From Elsinoe ampelina (lineage: Eukaryota): 64,000 nt of DNA. The translations under genes were made by a program, and so were the position numbers. Under the pieces are notes generated by a model, which was not told the origin of the DNA, ran no database searches, and saw only the letters and a list, made by a program, of their open reading frames with translations. The stretch spans positions 398,084-462,083 of the forward strand of contig ML992514.1 of assembly GCA_010093995.1 (NCBI GenBank), in the 5' to 3' direction. Shown one piece after another: positions 11,265-24,055 of the stretch (positions within the stretch are counted from its first letter, which is position 1; the number at the start of each line of letters is the position of its first letter).

Positions 11265-12629
11265 ATTTTGGAAGCGATTGTGAATTGTGAAGTGAGATTG
11301 GTCAGATGCAGGATGTAAACTTTTCGGCTGCAAGTCATAGAATTAAGCTCATGCGGCTAGGCGCTAGCGTGCCGCGGATCTCCGCCGCCAGATCGATTCG
11401 TGTTTTTTGGGAACCACTGCGGGGACACGGTGTTTTGACGGTTCATGAATGAATCTGGCATTTGGAGAAGAATTGTGGCAAGTAAGGTAGAAGAACAATC
11501 TTTTGCCGGTCCATTAGTTGATACCCTCTGGATGGAGAGACACTAGATCGCCGTATATGGCGTTGACACAATTTTGTCGAGACATGAAACAGTCTCGTGC
11601 CAAGAAGTCATGGATTGAAGCATAGGTGCATGCCAGCAATATGGCAATCTTGACGGCATCACATGTCATTCTTGCCTGATAAATCTTTTCTGGGAGTGAA
11701 TTGGAGGAGCATGGCATTTCTGCCCTTCCAGATCAGACTGCACCCGTGCTATATAAGAAGATAGGTGTCAAACCAGAAATAGCAAACCCCCCTGTCGAAT
11801 CAGGGCGCGGGGCGGGAAGGAAGGGTGGAGCATGCTTTTTTGGTGCCTGTCGCTCGTGGCTCGTGGCTCTCGCTCAACCTGATCCGAAGCATGGAGCACC
11901 GAGCATCTGTCTTTCGCCTTGCAACGCGCTCTCGCCCCGATCGCGGGAAGGGGGGAAAGGCTCAGGCGGCATGTCTTTCTACTTGCGGAGACCTTTTTGC
12001 ACCTGAAGGGAGAGAAGATGAGCGATTCGATTTGGTCTTGGGCCCGTGTCGTGTCTGCCCAGCGTTTTTGGCTGCTGTCTCTGCTCTTTCAGTTGTGGTC
12101 GTCGGCTGCTGAGCTGCTTGTGACCAGGCTTTTTCCCTCTGCTTGACATAAGATGCAATCACCCACTTTCTATGCTGCTGCAAATCTCTTCTTCTCTTCT
12201 CTTAACAATACCGCCTCTTTGTATCGACTTGCCATCGTCACTGCATCACACGCATCTGTCAACGTCTGATTCCATCGCCATTCTAATCTTGGAGCTCCAT
12301 GGCCGATTCCAGCTTCTTTTGACGACTTGTACCCTGTCCGCTGCAGTCCGAAATATCGAATAGCATTCACTGATTCGGTCGCGTTGTCGCCTTTGGTGGA
12401 GGTGTATCGACTTTTCTGGCAGCCGCCGAGCTGTCCCCTCTCCAAGCTCAGCTGCAGCACAGCCATTTGACACCATTGCTGCCTTCCTTACTACAACACA
12501 TGAACAACATTCGAATAGCCTGAAGCCTCTGGCAAGCCCTTCTGATGCTTATATGAGTTATTTTTGAGCTTCATTATTCTCAACCTCATCGTCGTAGAGG
12601 CTAGACTCGACATTTCAGGGTTGCGGAGC

Positions 12630-14438
12630 ATGGACGACGGCGTTCCTCGTGCGGCTGAGACGCCCGAATCTTCCCTTTCGCTTTCCCCCGTGCCGTCACC
12701 CCACGGTCAACAATACTACGATAACATCGTCGTCGCCAGCAATCGGTATCCCCAGGATTCCCAAGGAGGCCTTCCGCCCTCGGCAACATCCGCGCTTAAT
12801 CATAACGCCAAGGATACCACCACCACGGAAAAGGTCAAACGCCCTCGGAAGAAAAAAGATGCTGTCGCGGATGACCAAGTCAAACCTGAAAAGAAGCCTC
12901 GCAAACCACGAACAAAGAGATCAGACATTGTCGCACAATCCTCTGCATCCACGACACTGCAGAACCAGGTGCCTGCCACCAAACAACCATTGATCACTGA
13001 TCTAGTCGGTCATGCTCAGTCACAGTCACGACCTCAACCCTCTCAGCCTATCGTCAAATCAGAATCATTAACGACTTCCACTCCATCAAATCCAGCAATG
13101 GCCTCGAGACCGATTAGTAGCGGTCAGAGGTATGATCCCATTCGAGGACTCACCATAGAAGATCCACCTGCTCCAACTCAGACTCCCAAACTTCCTTCAT
13201 CATCTCCTCAAGTGCCTCAGAAAACAGCTTCGCCATCACTCGCAAGCCTCATGAATCCTTCAGCACCTCCTACCTCACAATTTCAGAAGCCGCCCCAGCC
13301 TTCAAAACCTGCGACATTCATGGAGAGGCCTGCCCCAAAGCACGATCTCTTCAATCCAGCGCCACCGACCGTGTCGCGTGATCGTCCGCCCCCACAAACG
13401 CAGGTTTCACAAGCCAAGCACGATCCGATGGAGATAGATGCACGCGCTCACCCATTACTGGATCCTGTACCTGTCAAGACAGACAAGCCGAACTCAAAGC
13501 CAACCTCATCTGCTCCAACGCCGAAAGAGAAGCGTAACTCGCCTCCACGTCCCACAGGTAGCGGTCTCTTATCAAGCAGTGATCTTTTTGGAGGGTCCGC
13601 CGAGTCTGACGACAGCAAGCCTCGCAAGGGTGTGGACATCAGCATTGAGATCGCTCTTGATCCACGTGGAGGTAACACGATCAACATCGCTCAGGAGATC
13701 ATGAAGAAATACGGGCGTGACGCGATTAACCCTCGCGCCGCTGCTCATCGTGAGCGCCTGCTTCAGGTCGCCGCTGTTGCCAATCGCCTCGAACAAGGAT
13801 CCGGAGATGATGCGTCCGCAAAAGGCTCTGAAGACGAAGACGATAGCAACGTCGAGATGGGTGGCATGGGCGACGATAGAAGCACCGCTGGTGAGGGTCC
13901 GAACGGCGAGAAGCCAAGGATGCGCCGCAAACGCAAGGCGGAAGACTACGACAAGGAGGACGACTTCATCGATGATACCGAGCTTGCTTGGCAGGAATCG
14001 GCTGCAGTCGCTCAGGATGGCTTCTTTGTGTACTCGGGTCCTCTGGTGAAAGAAAGTGACAAGGCCGCAGCACAAAGGTATGTCAAACCTGATTGTCCCA
14101 AATTCACGTTGCTAATCAACTACAGTGCGCCCACATCCGGTCGTGGTAGAGGCAGGGGCCGTGGACGTGGCCGGGGCGCTGCGAATGTCGGTACCACACA
14201 TGCCTCCGTCGCCGCAAAATCTGCTGCGTCGGCGTCGAGTTCTGGTCCAGCTTTGCCTGGTAATGGTCATCAGCCACCGGCAGCTAACCGTAGGAGCCGT
14301 AGAGGTCAAGGTCTGGGTATCAGGAAGCCCCGCATCAACAAAGACCTGAAGCAGCGACTCGAAGCCGAGAAGGAGCAGAGAGAGAGACAGGCCCAGGCTA
14401 TGAGCCTGGCACAACCAGCACCGATGCCCATCGCATAG
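12630..14438 (+). CDS. HPC2: HIR complex subunit Hpc2 (HUN domain)
   Basis: HUN/HRD motif RKRKAEDYDKEDDFIDDTELAWQESAAVAQDGFFVYSGPL after a long disordered N-terminus. Probable intron at 14078-14125. Start codon uncertain. Confidence 0.82.
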   Translation: MDDGVPRAAETPESSLSLSPVPSPHGQQYYDNIVVASNRYPQDSQGGLPPSATSALNHNAKDTTTTEKVKRPRKKKDAVADDQVKPEKKPRKPRTKRSDIVAQSSASTTLQNQVPATKQPLITDLVGHAQSQSRPQPSQPIVKSESLTTSTPSNPAMASRPISSGQRYDPIRGLTIEDPPAPTQTPKLPSSSPQVPQKTASPSLASLMNPSAPPTSQFQKPPQPSKPATFMERPAPKHDLFNPAPPTVSRDRPPPQTQVSQAKHDPMEIDARAHPLLDPVPVKTDKPNSKPTSSAPTPKEKRNSPPRPTGSGLLSSSDLFGGSAESDDSKPRKGVDISIEIALDPRGGNTINIAQEIMKKYGRDAINPRAAAHRERLLQVAAVANRLEQGSGDDASAKGSEDEDDSNVEMGGMGDDRSTAGEGPNGEKPRMRRKRKAEDYDKEDDFIDDTELAWQESAAVAQDGFFVYSGPLVKESDKAAAQRYVKPDCPKFTLLINYSAPTSGRGRGRGRGRGRGAANVGTTHASVAAKSAASASSSGPALPGNGHQPPAANRRSRRGQGLGIRKPRINKDLKQRLEAEKEQRERQAQAMSLAQPAPMPIA

Positions 14439-15599
14439 CAGGGGAAAAGCGCAAAATTCTTTCGAGCAGAAGAGTGCATTGCTAAGCTTGATACGGGTCG
14501 ACAGTGACCGATCGAAGTGTAGATGCCCGACGCTATCATGTTGATGGCCAGCTGAAAGATCATGGACTGTGGGTACTGTTATGGTGTATCGATAATCTTG
14601 CATGGAGTGAGCATGGCGCGGAATCATGGCCGGAAAGTGGCCTCTCATAAGCATGATCATAGCAGCATTCGGCTGAGGCTTAGTGAACAATTAGCGAACA
14701 GCACTCTCTAGTGCAATGAATCAAAGTAAAAAATCAATCTCAATCCCTATGTGAAGTTGATGCTGTGCAACCATGGTTATGTGAAGAGTGGCCTTGGCGA
14801 TCCAGGGTCTCGAGCTGTATGCGAAGACAGGCGTGTCGTTGAGACATTTATAATTCGTTCTCCTATCAAGACTACTCCTATTATCTGCACAGGCATCAAA
14901 GCCATCTTATCTGGTTGTTTGTATGTGTACCGCACACGTAGTTCGGCCGAGGTGGCGTGCAAACTATCATGCGTCTGTCCTGTTTGTTTGCTGCAGCCAC
15001 CCGATTTGCCTCCTCACAAACGCGGCGTCATCTACGGGGCAAGGCAATGACTCAATCGACATGGGAACGTCGATTCTTTGCGATGCATTGCTTCCGATTG
15101 TCCCAATGCTGGCAGTGATGATGACTACTGCTGCGTCTTTTGCTCTAGCCGCTGGGTCCTGACATCTTGACAAGCAGCGATCACGTGGGCTGCAAATACC
15201 AAAACGAAATTTTGAGAATGGATTTTACCAAAATGACATTACAGAAATAGTGCACATCGACTCGCACTTGGTCTGATGTGAGAACATCACTTCCCTTTCT
15301 TGCATGTGACATCCCACCTTGCTCGGGACTTCTGACCTCCTTCCCTTTTTCACATCGCCACAGACGGACCATCCTTCTGCCATTTTCACCTCGCATTCAA
15401 TCACGCAGTTTCGTAAGAAACCTCTACACCCTCAACGACTGACTTCCAGTTCTTAAGCAGTTGATCGCACAATCAAGGACAGATACAGTTTGGTGGCCGC
15501 AAGAGAAGGAGAGAGACGAGGGCAGAGGCCCCCGTAAGACACTAGGCAACCCATATCACAAAGCATCTTGGTCCATATTGGACTGATACACGACGAGCT

Positions 15600-18037
15600 A
15601 TGGTGAGTTGCTGCCTTCCATTATGCGAACAGGTTCTAATGATCACCAGGACTCAAAGGCTTCTCACAATCCATTCGAAGCTTTGGGTGAAGACGTCGAA
15701 GAAGAAAGCATCATCTCCAGCTCTCCAGTGAAGACTCCAGTCACTCAAAGTCTGGAGCCTGATAAGCAAGTTCAAAGCCCCCTCACTCTCGCCGACACTC
15801 AAACCGACACTCAAACCGATGCTCAGAGGCATGCTGCAGAGAAGTTGAGACGCCAGACAGAACGCATCGCTCAATCAGAGCTCGCCATCGAGGATATGAT
15901 GAAGTCGAAAAGCTCAGGCCGCACTGCTCGCTCAAAGAAATGGACCCCCTTTGACTTTCGCGAAGCTCACGAAGAGTCACCGATCCGCGATGATTCTTCG
16001 GTGAGAAGCACTACCACGACCACACCTTTCGACCCCACTGCGCAAGTCTTTCAACCCATACCGATCAACTTAACAACCAAGGAAGTCTCCATCGCCCAGC
16101 TGCAGGATCCTTTGGCTCTGAGCAGAGCGACAAATGAATCACGTTGGGTCACCGCCTCCCGCAGCAAATCAAGCATCCTAGGTAGGGATGAGAACCACAA
16201 CCCCGCCATGTCCACGACCTACAACAAGCGCGAGATAAATGAAGTTTTTGGCAACGCACTTCCATCACCAACTTATTGCGCCTCTCATCCCGGTACCAAG
16301 AATGGTCAGATAGTCTTCTGTATCCATCCGAACGGTGACGTCTCTGCCCAACAGTGGTCCAATGATCACTACCAGTGGGTCAACATCGGGCAATATTCCA
16401 ACTCAAGGAAGAAGACTGAAGGTCAGCTTGCTAGCTCCCGTATCAGAGGCGAATCGGAAGCGCTCTCTTTGCAGCAGAGCAGTCTGGCTTACTTTCATGC
16501 CGTCGCAAAGCAGAGGGAGGCCGAAGTCATGGGCATCCCCTTTGGCCCCAAGGAAGTACAAGCTTGCATGCCGAATCTCAACCTTCGCCGTGTCGAGCCA
16601 GAAGAACCAGCTCAACTACCTTCCCACGCCCCAGTTGCTCCAGCTGCACACTACAAGGGACTGCCAAAGCCCGTGGTGGCACTCCCGAAACAGGCCAGCC
16701 AGAGATCCACTCCTCTTTCAGGGATCACAGCATCCACCCTCACGAAGCCATCGCCACTCGAAGAAATCCAGCGTCGGGGCGAATATCTCAAACAGCTTGC
16801 AGATGCCCAAAGTCGTATGAACAACGTCACTTTCGGGGCCATGGCATTTCCTGGCGCTGTAGATCATCCCGGCGGCGTCAGTACACAGCGCACAAGCCAA
16901 GGGGGATATCCTAGTGTGATTCTTCCCCAGCATGGCGGACCGGTCGCTTCTGGCTACAATTATCCTTTCGGTGGTTATGCTAACGACCATACTGCGGGTA
17001 ACGCTACCAATGCTTTTACATCTGGCAGTAGTTCACGTCGCTCGACATACTCGTCTCAGGCATTGTCTTCGCTCTTTGGGGGTGGTGAGGGGGTCACACC
17101 AGGTCGCCCAATGTCAGCAAAGCCTTACATACCGGAGTCGCTGCAAAGACTTGCGCAGTCGAATTCAACTCGTGCTTCTCATCAGGCTGCCATGCAGCAT
17201 ATTCCAGAAGAGGCCTCATACGCAAGTCACAACGCATACGAGCATTACTACGAGCAGGATTATACTCCAGGCATGGAGCAGTATGCTTATCCCGAGAGTC
17301 TCATTTACGGCAAGACGCCCTGCAAACCTCCTCTTACGCGTGGTCTGATCCGGGAGGTCTCCCACAGCTCCATCCACGAACTTGGCGAAACTGAGGCGGA
17401 GGAGCTACCCCAGCCAAGCTATCACTCATACCAGCTGCATTCGAGCGAGATTTCTCGTCTCCAGGAACCTCCAACCCCTCAGCGCCTCGATGGTAACAGC
17501 ATCAAGGGAACCCCTGCCGATTCATCCAGCTCTCAGCACCTCTCCGAGTACGACCGCGAGCTGAAATCCTGGTTCCAGAACAAAATCGTCCTCGACCGTC
17601 ACGCCAGCTTCTACAACGCCATCATGTCACACACCATCGACGAGACCCCGACCCGCCCCAGCAAAGCCAAAGACCCCGGCGTCATCGGCCCTCCCTCATC
17701 CCATAAGCCTTCCCTAAAAGACGACCACAAAATGACCCGCCACGACTCCACCATTGGCTCTGCCCCTACCCCTCCCGCTTCCGTGGGAATGGACAAGGAA
17801 TCCACTACCCTCCTTCTGATTCCGCTGCTGGAGAATCTGAAGGGTTACACGCAGGGGCCAGTGGCAAAGCGAAGGGGTTATTGGGCTCCGTTCGTGGAGC
17901 CGCCTGAGTGGGCTGTTGACAAGAGTCTGGGTGGGAATTTGAGTTTCTATGAGGAGGATTGGGGGAGGGTGCCTGAGAGGATTGGGAGGGATTGGAGGTA
18001 TAGAGGCGCTGGTGGGGTTGGGGGGAGGAGGTATTGA
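15600..18037 (+). CDS. Large hypothetical protein (~795 aa, mostly low complexity, two globular-looking segments)
   Basis: Long ORF. ATG at 15600-15602 is followed by a GTGAGT..CTAAT..CAG intron (15603-15649) that joins in frame to DSKASH. Globular-looking blocks: HPNGDVSAQQW..WVNIGQYSNSRKKTEGQL and PPEWAVDKSLGGNLSFYEEDWGRVPERIGRDWRY. Confidence 0.75.
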
Positions 18038-18410
18038 GCTGATTCAGGGGGGAGAGGGAACGCGAAGGGGGAAGGGATGGGGGGAGAGTGGCAAGGAGAG
18101 GGGGATGTGAGAGCATGGGAGACTGAAACAGGCAGGAGTGAGCAGACGGGAAGGAGGTAGCGGTCACGATTTTTCTTGCTATAGAGATACCCATCACGTG
18201 GACGATGTGACTTACGAATCACCATTTCAGTCAGCTCAAAGTGATGGTTTGGCTCGCTGTTGGAGTGGTACGCATGTGACACCTCTCAAGCTTGGAGGCC
18301 TTTCGAGTGCATGACTTTGAGTCTTTTGATCATTATCCTTCCATCGCTATCTATGCCCATCCTCATGAAGCCTTTTTGTCTTTGCCCAGCTCATGCCGTC
18401 TCTGCCATGC

Positions 18411-19610
18411 TCACGCGGCAGTCCAAACATCCTTCCCTTTATTCTCGATAAAATTCCCCAGCCTGTTCACGCCCGCATCCCACTCACTCAACCTCTCCCT
18501 CATACCCTGTATCTGATTCCTGTCCAGCACCTTGGGTTGCACCCAACTTATCCTCGCTACTTCTGCCACTTGGTCAATTTGCCCCCTCAGTAGGCCGAGG
18601 GACAGCGCCTTCATGATCAGATGCTCGATTTCGTTCGGGCGGACTTTTGTCTCGGACGCGATGGTCGAGAAGGACATGCTCCTGTCGTGGGCGGGGCGGC
18701 GAAAGACGGCTTCGGTGAGGGCAGAAAGGGAGATTTTCTCGTATAAGAAGGAGGCGTGTTGCGCGAGGAGGTCATTGTGGGACTTATTGGCCTCGAGGAT
18801 GTTGTAGGCGCCTAGGTCGCCGCGGTTGAAGGCGAGGAGGAGGTCGCGGAGCCAGGCGTCCTTGGTGTTTTGGAGGCTGTCGAGGATGGGGTGTAGGAGG
18901 AGCTCGCCGAAGTTGTAGATGCTGTCGCTGACTAGTGCGGCGATGGAAAGGTCGTGGGCGAGCTGTTGGCGTTGGTCGGGGGAGAGGGTGGAGAGGTCGA
19001 TGCAGGCGAGGTAGAGGAGGGTGGTGCGGTAGTAGGCGGCAAAGTCTTGCTTTCTTTGGTAGTATTCGGCGGAGACGCGGTAGAATGAGGCGTGCACGGA
19101 GGCTTCAACGGCGTCGAAGGTGTCGAGGATGGTTTCGCAGGTGTCTAGCGTGCTGCGGGCGTTGTCGAGCTCACCGAGGCGAAGATGTACTTCTGCTACG
19201 GCTGACAGAGCATAGACATAAGCGTCTTGTGATGATGGCTTGTTGACGTTTTCTGAGAGTGTCTTGAGGAAGGACAGCCGTTCTTGTTCAGCTGAACATC
19301 ATGTCAGTGAGCATCGATGGGATGTGACGGAGTCAAACGCACATGAGACCTGTAATGCTGTGCTCAGTCCCAACTTGACCAACTTCAGCTGATTGATTTT
19401 ATCCGCGAAGCTCTTGATGAATGTGTTGTATATCGGTATCCTTTGACTCTCACTCTCTTTTTGCTGGAAATACTCCACGAGAAGATCTGTCAACTCGTGC
19501 CATAACTTCCTCTCCCAGTAATCTTCAAATGTCAAGAAGTAGTGCTGAAAATCATCTGGGGCGTTGTCGCGTTGATCCGCAAGGAAGTTTGGTATCGTGT
19601 CGACATCCAT
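18411..19610 (-). CDS. RPN9: 26S proteasome regulatory lid subunit Rpn9 (PCI domain)
   Basis: FEDYWERKLWHELTD, IYNFGELLLHPILDSL and EHLIMKALSLGLLRGQIDQV..WVQPKVL. One intron at ~19342-19292. Confidence 0.95.
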
Positions 19611-20058
19611 GTTCGTATCGCCGATGGATGAGGAGGTTGATGGGAAGGTGAGATGTGATGCGCGGTGAATGGTTGTAGGCAAGATGAAGCGCAATGCGGA
19701 AAGCTTCAAGAAGCATGATGCTGACGGGAGAGCTCCATCGGCCTTGGCATCTGCGGCGAACTTCGCAGAGCCGCATCTCGTCTTCTACCAGCGCGACGCG
19801 CCACGATTTTCTATCCAGCAACATTAATCCACAAGATCATCCATTTGACACCATTCATACTTGCTTTTCGGCAGCAGCTTCATGTGCTACTGAGATATGA
19901 CTCAAGCACAAGACGAGGTGGGCGACCACCATCATTCATCGAGCACGCCCGCTTAGCACCATTGCGCCATTACGAAAGCAGCTCTTCGTTGCACAAACCT
20001 GCGCCCTTCGAGGCCGAGAGCAAGTGATGCTTCTCTGCAATCACTGGCAACCATCATC

Positions 20059-21387
20059 ATGAGCTCTCAACGTAGAGCAGGATTCCATACGCATTCTCAA
20101 CGGAGTCGATCAGTAGCATCTCATCATGCTGCGCCACGAGCTTCAAGATGGTTCTACAGGGTTAGAGGCTCAACCTTGGTCGCAACTCCCCCATTTGGAC
20201 CTGTCGCGTCACTTGCCGACCATGCGCGTGTCTGTATCGTCCGCAATCTACATTTGCTACGTAATGATGGTCTTGACAACGTACCGGAGCACATACTGAG
20301 CGAGCTTGCTGGTATCCTGCACAAGTGGTAGGTACAGATCTATGCCCGCGACAAGCCTATCACTGACCAAGTCAAGCGACCTCATGAGCGCACGAGCGAT
20401 GCAGTTACTCGGCCAGTATCATAAATATCGCTCCCCAGACTTCATGCTCAAGATCTTGTTCGTGCGCCTACCGAGCGACACTTACGAAGAGAGAATGCCA
20501 GGATCACTCGTGGTAGAAGTCCCATTCGACCATGTCTTGGAGAAACTCGACTATGATCCTCAAAGGTGTCTCGCTTCTGTGCAGCTAGTGAATACATTTG
20601 TGGATGGAAGGCATTTCCAAGTACTCGGCAAGATGCGGAATCTGACCACCTTGGCTCTACAGAACTGCCAGCTCGACTACGATACTTTGGCTCGGCGACT
20701 GGGAAACCAGTACGAAGCTGGACATTTCCCGGTCCTGAAAGCCTTGGTCATCATGGATCCTCACGAACGGTGGACCTCCACGCTTCTTGCACGTCTGCAC
20801 AGCATTCGTCCACTTCAAGTCGTATGTCTGTGCCCAACGCGCCGTATCAGTGGAGCTCCGCGCATTTCTGATACTCGCGGGTGGAAGCGTATTTCTTCGT
20901 GAGTACCGCTGGACCTTGTGCTCTGAGTCATAGTTCTAACTTTAACAGAGCATCACTTTTCGTAGACGAGCCGCGCTCATGCGACTGTTCAGAGGATGAG
21001 CAGGCGGCGAATCACATGAGCGGACAGTATTGCCAGGCTATGTACACGACTCGTCGTTTGCAGCCAATCTCAGGAGACGTGACACTGCACCATACATTGC
21101 TGCCTTGTTGCTCTATCAGCATCCAGAACGCTTGCCGGGAATCGATCCAGCTCAGTGAACCCCAAATTCATGCGAATATCGGGCAGGAGCCTCACCAGGT
21201 CGTGACCTTGGACGGGTGCTTGTCAATGATTGAGGTCTTTGTCAAGGATAAATCCTGGTCGCCAACTGTTCCTTTTGCACTTCCCGGACGTTCAGGATTC
21301 CAACAAACGCCTGCAGCTCAGCGAAGACCGACAATTAAGAGGAAGGCAAGCGAAGCCCTCAGCGATCTGTTGAAACTGGACCTTTGA
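20059..21387 (+). CDS. Hypothetical BC-box-like/LRR(RNI)-like protein, paralog A
   Basis: Three ORF pieces join through canonical introns 20328-20376 and 20899-20948. Motifs: VASLADHARVCIVRNL, KMRNLTTLALQNC, FPVLKALVI. Confidence 0.65.
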
Positions 21388-21465
21388 CCGCTCGGAAAGT
21401 GAAAGCTGGCCTGCAATATCTCACGTTACACATCAAGCAGTCGCTTAGGTAGTCATGGTGCAACA

Positions 21466-23176
21466 ATGCAGCTCATCTTTCGGCAGAATATCCCACATGG
21501 TGACACAGAATATTGTGTGACCATGGACTTTCTGCAGCATATTGCTTGCTGGTACTCTGCACTCCAGCAAGAATATCTGCATGGTTGTGTGCACATCACT
21601 AACGAACCAGGTAAGATATTGTCGTCAAGCGGTCACGCCTATGTTCGAGAAATGGCTGTCAATGCAAACGATATGAGATCAATCGCCTTCGAATACCCTG
21701 CAGCAATTACGGGTGACAAGCGGACCAGAATAGTCATCTTCCGGTCTCCTTTCATCGGTCATCGATGGCATGACCGAAATACAATTCTTCGTCAACCCGA
21801 ACATGTCAACCCGGCGCTCCACCAGTGGAGACTTAGGAATGAACGAATAATGCTGAAGAAGGCCAAGGATGATCGTCTTGCCGCACAAAAGCCATATGAT
21901 GCTTCCGGCGTTCTCTACAATACAATGAGTCCGCTGAAGGGTCGCACCTATACCCAGTCCATCCCGTCTCTCCAGCAATTGGCAACAGCCGAAGCCGTCA
22001 GTAGGTTGTCGCAGATCGATGCCGTGGAGCTCGAATCACTCGGCAAGCTACCTCTGAAGATGATAGCAGAGCATCTTCTGAGGAATCTCCCGTCTTTGCG
22101 TAGTCTGCCAGCCGTCTTGCCTAGCATGCTCGGTGAAACGGCTGCGGAAGTCATGATCGAATCGTGCGTCGCCACACTGTGCCGGGAACGGTATATGTAC
22201 TGATAGATATAGAGGTCTAGACTGCGTCCGAGCCATTCAGATCTGTGGCCGCTTCGAACAAGGCAGGCGTCTCGTGAAAAGGGTCTTTGTCGAGCTTCAC
22301 GATATCAGCCACCTAGAAGCCATAGAGAGAGAAAATCTTCACCTGGGCAGCGATCGGCGTGCCGCTATCTACTATAACAGAGCAAGGATACAAGCAGTCT
22401 GCTTGGCTCTGGACGTCCCTGCGCCGCACTGCACGACTTCGATCACGCTGTTTCAACAGCTGTACGATGAAGACATGTTTCAGGCCTTCAGACTGATGCA
22501 GAACCTGACGGCTTTGTTGTTGAAAGATTGCACAGCCGCCATGCAAGCCCTGAACTGGAGCTATTCATGCCAAGGGTCTCTCGCCGGTCGTGTGGCAGAT
22601 CTGGCGCAGGATGGCGAATTCTTTCTCAGTCTCAGAGTGCTCCTTATACACGACTCCTGCATCGATTGCACCATTGGGGATGCCGGGATCTTATCCGCTC
22701 TGCCATCACTACAGCTTTTTGGACAACATGATCCCTTAGCCGCGGCAGGGCAGCCCACGTTGTCTCTCCAAAGAGGTGCAACCGGCTGGCGACCCGTCTT
22801 GTGGTAGGTGACGAATGTTCATACATGTCAGGGTGCCAGCTCAGTGTCTTGCAGGAATGTGTTGTGGGCAGGCCGCTTCAGCCCAAGTATGATGGATATC
22901 TGGGACAGCCTCCGACCTTGGATCAGGGCACACAGTATCGCGGAGCCTTATCGCCATGAGCCACCTCACATTCATGTGGTGTTCGGACCTCATTGTAGCG
23001 ACATGAGCTTTTCGCATGACGTATGGGCAAGCTTGTCTTATTTGATCAAAGATTCAGAGTACCAGGTGCCGGAGCGGCTCGACAGTGGAAAGGGACGTGA
23101 AAAGGCAAAGACTGGACCTCGGCGTGTAGGTTCTTGCAGCATTCGGCCCGTCGACCCAAAGTCGACTTGTCCGTGA
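21466..23176 (+). CDS. Hypothetical BC-box-like/LRR(RNI)-like protein, paralog B
   Basis: ORF pieces join through introns 22164-22212 and 22804-22854. Motifs: IPSLQQLATAEAV, LMQNLTALLLKDC, FLSLRVLLI, LPSLQLF. The true start may be downstream (e.g. ~21925). Confidence 0.6.
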
Positions 23177-24055
23177 CACCTGACAGAACAGCCTGAGTCG
23201 TTGATTTACGAGTTGTCTTGGCGGGCAGTCCAGACAACCAGATGGTACATGCAGAGGGTCATGCAGCTTGTAGATCTATATCGATACGGAGCCGTGACAC
23301 GTGCGAGCGGCACAGTCCCTGAGGATAAGATTTTTTCGAGCCTCGTAAGAATTGACCAGCCGCGCTCTGTGCTGCAGTGGCGACCTGGAAGGACCGCTAT
23401 TATTGAGGCCAAGAAGATGATACCGCCGGTACGCTGGGTGTGACTTCGGAGCAAAGCATGATCTGTCCGCGTCCCAAAGCGGAAAGGCGCCGGGGATCAA
23501 TCAATCTCGCACATTTCAGGCTTCTTCCATCGAAACTTCAACCAGTCCTTTCATCTATCCTTCCTACTTGACTCTAGCTCACACCTACTTATTGCAGGCG
23601 ACAAGCCGCAGCTCCCGCTCCGTTTCGTCCGTTTTTGCCCTCGAAGCCCCCGCAAATCCTCAGACGGCCAAGAGGCTCATCACCCTAGCAGGTCCCTGCT
23701 TGCCCTGCTAGGGCCTGCTTCTGCATAGCGTGGATCCCTTTAAGATTATCCCATGCTTCTCCAGATCTCAAAAGGCCAATCATATGGAGATCACGCCGAC
23801 TGCCGAGCCGTATGTTCCCGGAAGAATTCTTCTAGCGAGCATGCTTGGACGCCACTTTTATGTCCCTTTCATAACAACCTGCAGTAAGGGCAAGATGCGG
23901 CTAATTCCCTGCTCGGGGATGAATTGGGCGCGGTCACAATGCAAAATCTCACCGTGACCTGGTTGAAATGAGCGTAGACAGGTGGGTATAAGACATGTCG
24001 AACCCTCCCTCCACAGGAAGGGGCGTCTTCAGGTTTGCTAGTTCCATTGACTACC

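Noticed and set aside
15116..15163. TGATGA..CTGA pair resembling box C/D snoRNA motifs
   Set aside because: The span is too short (~45 nt), with no terminal stem or rRNA-complementary guide that I could identify.
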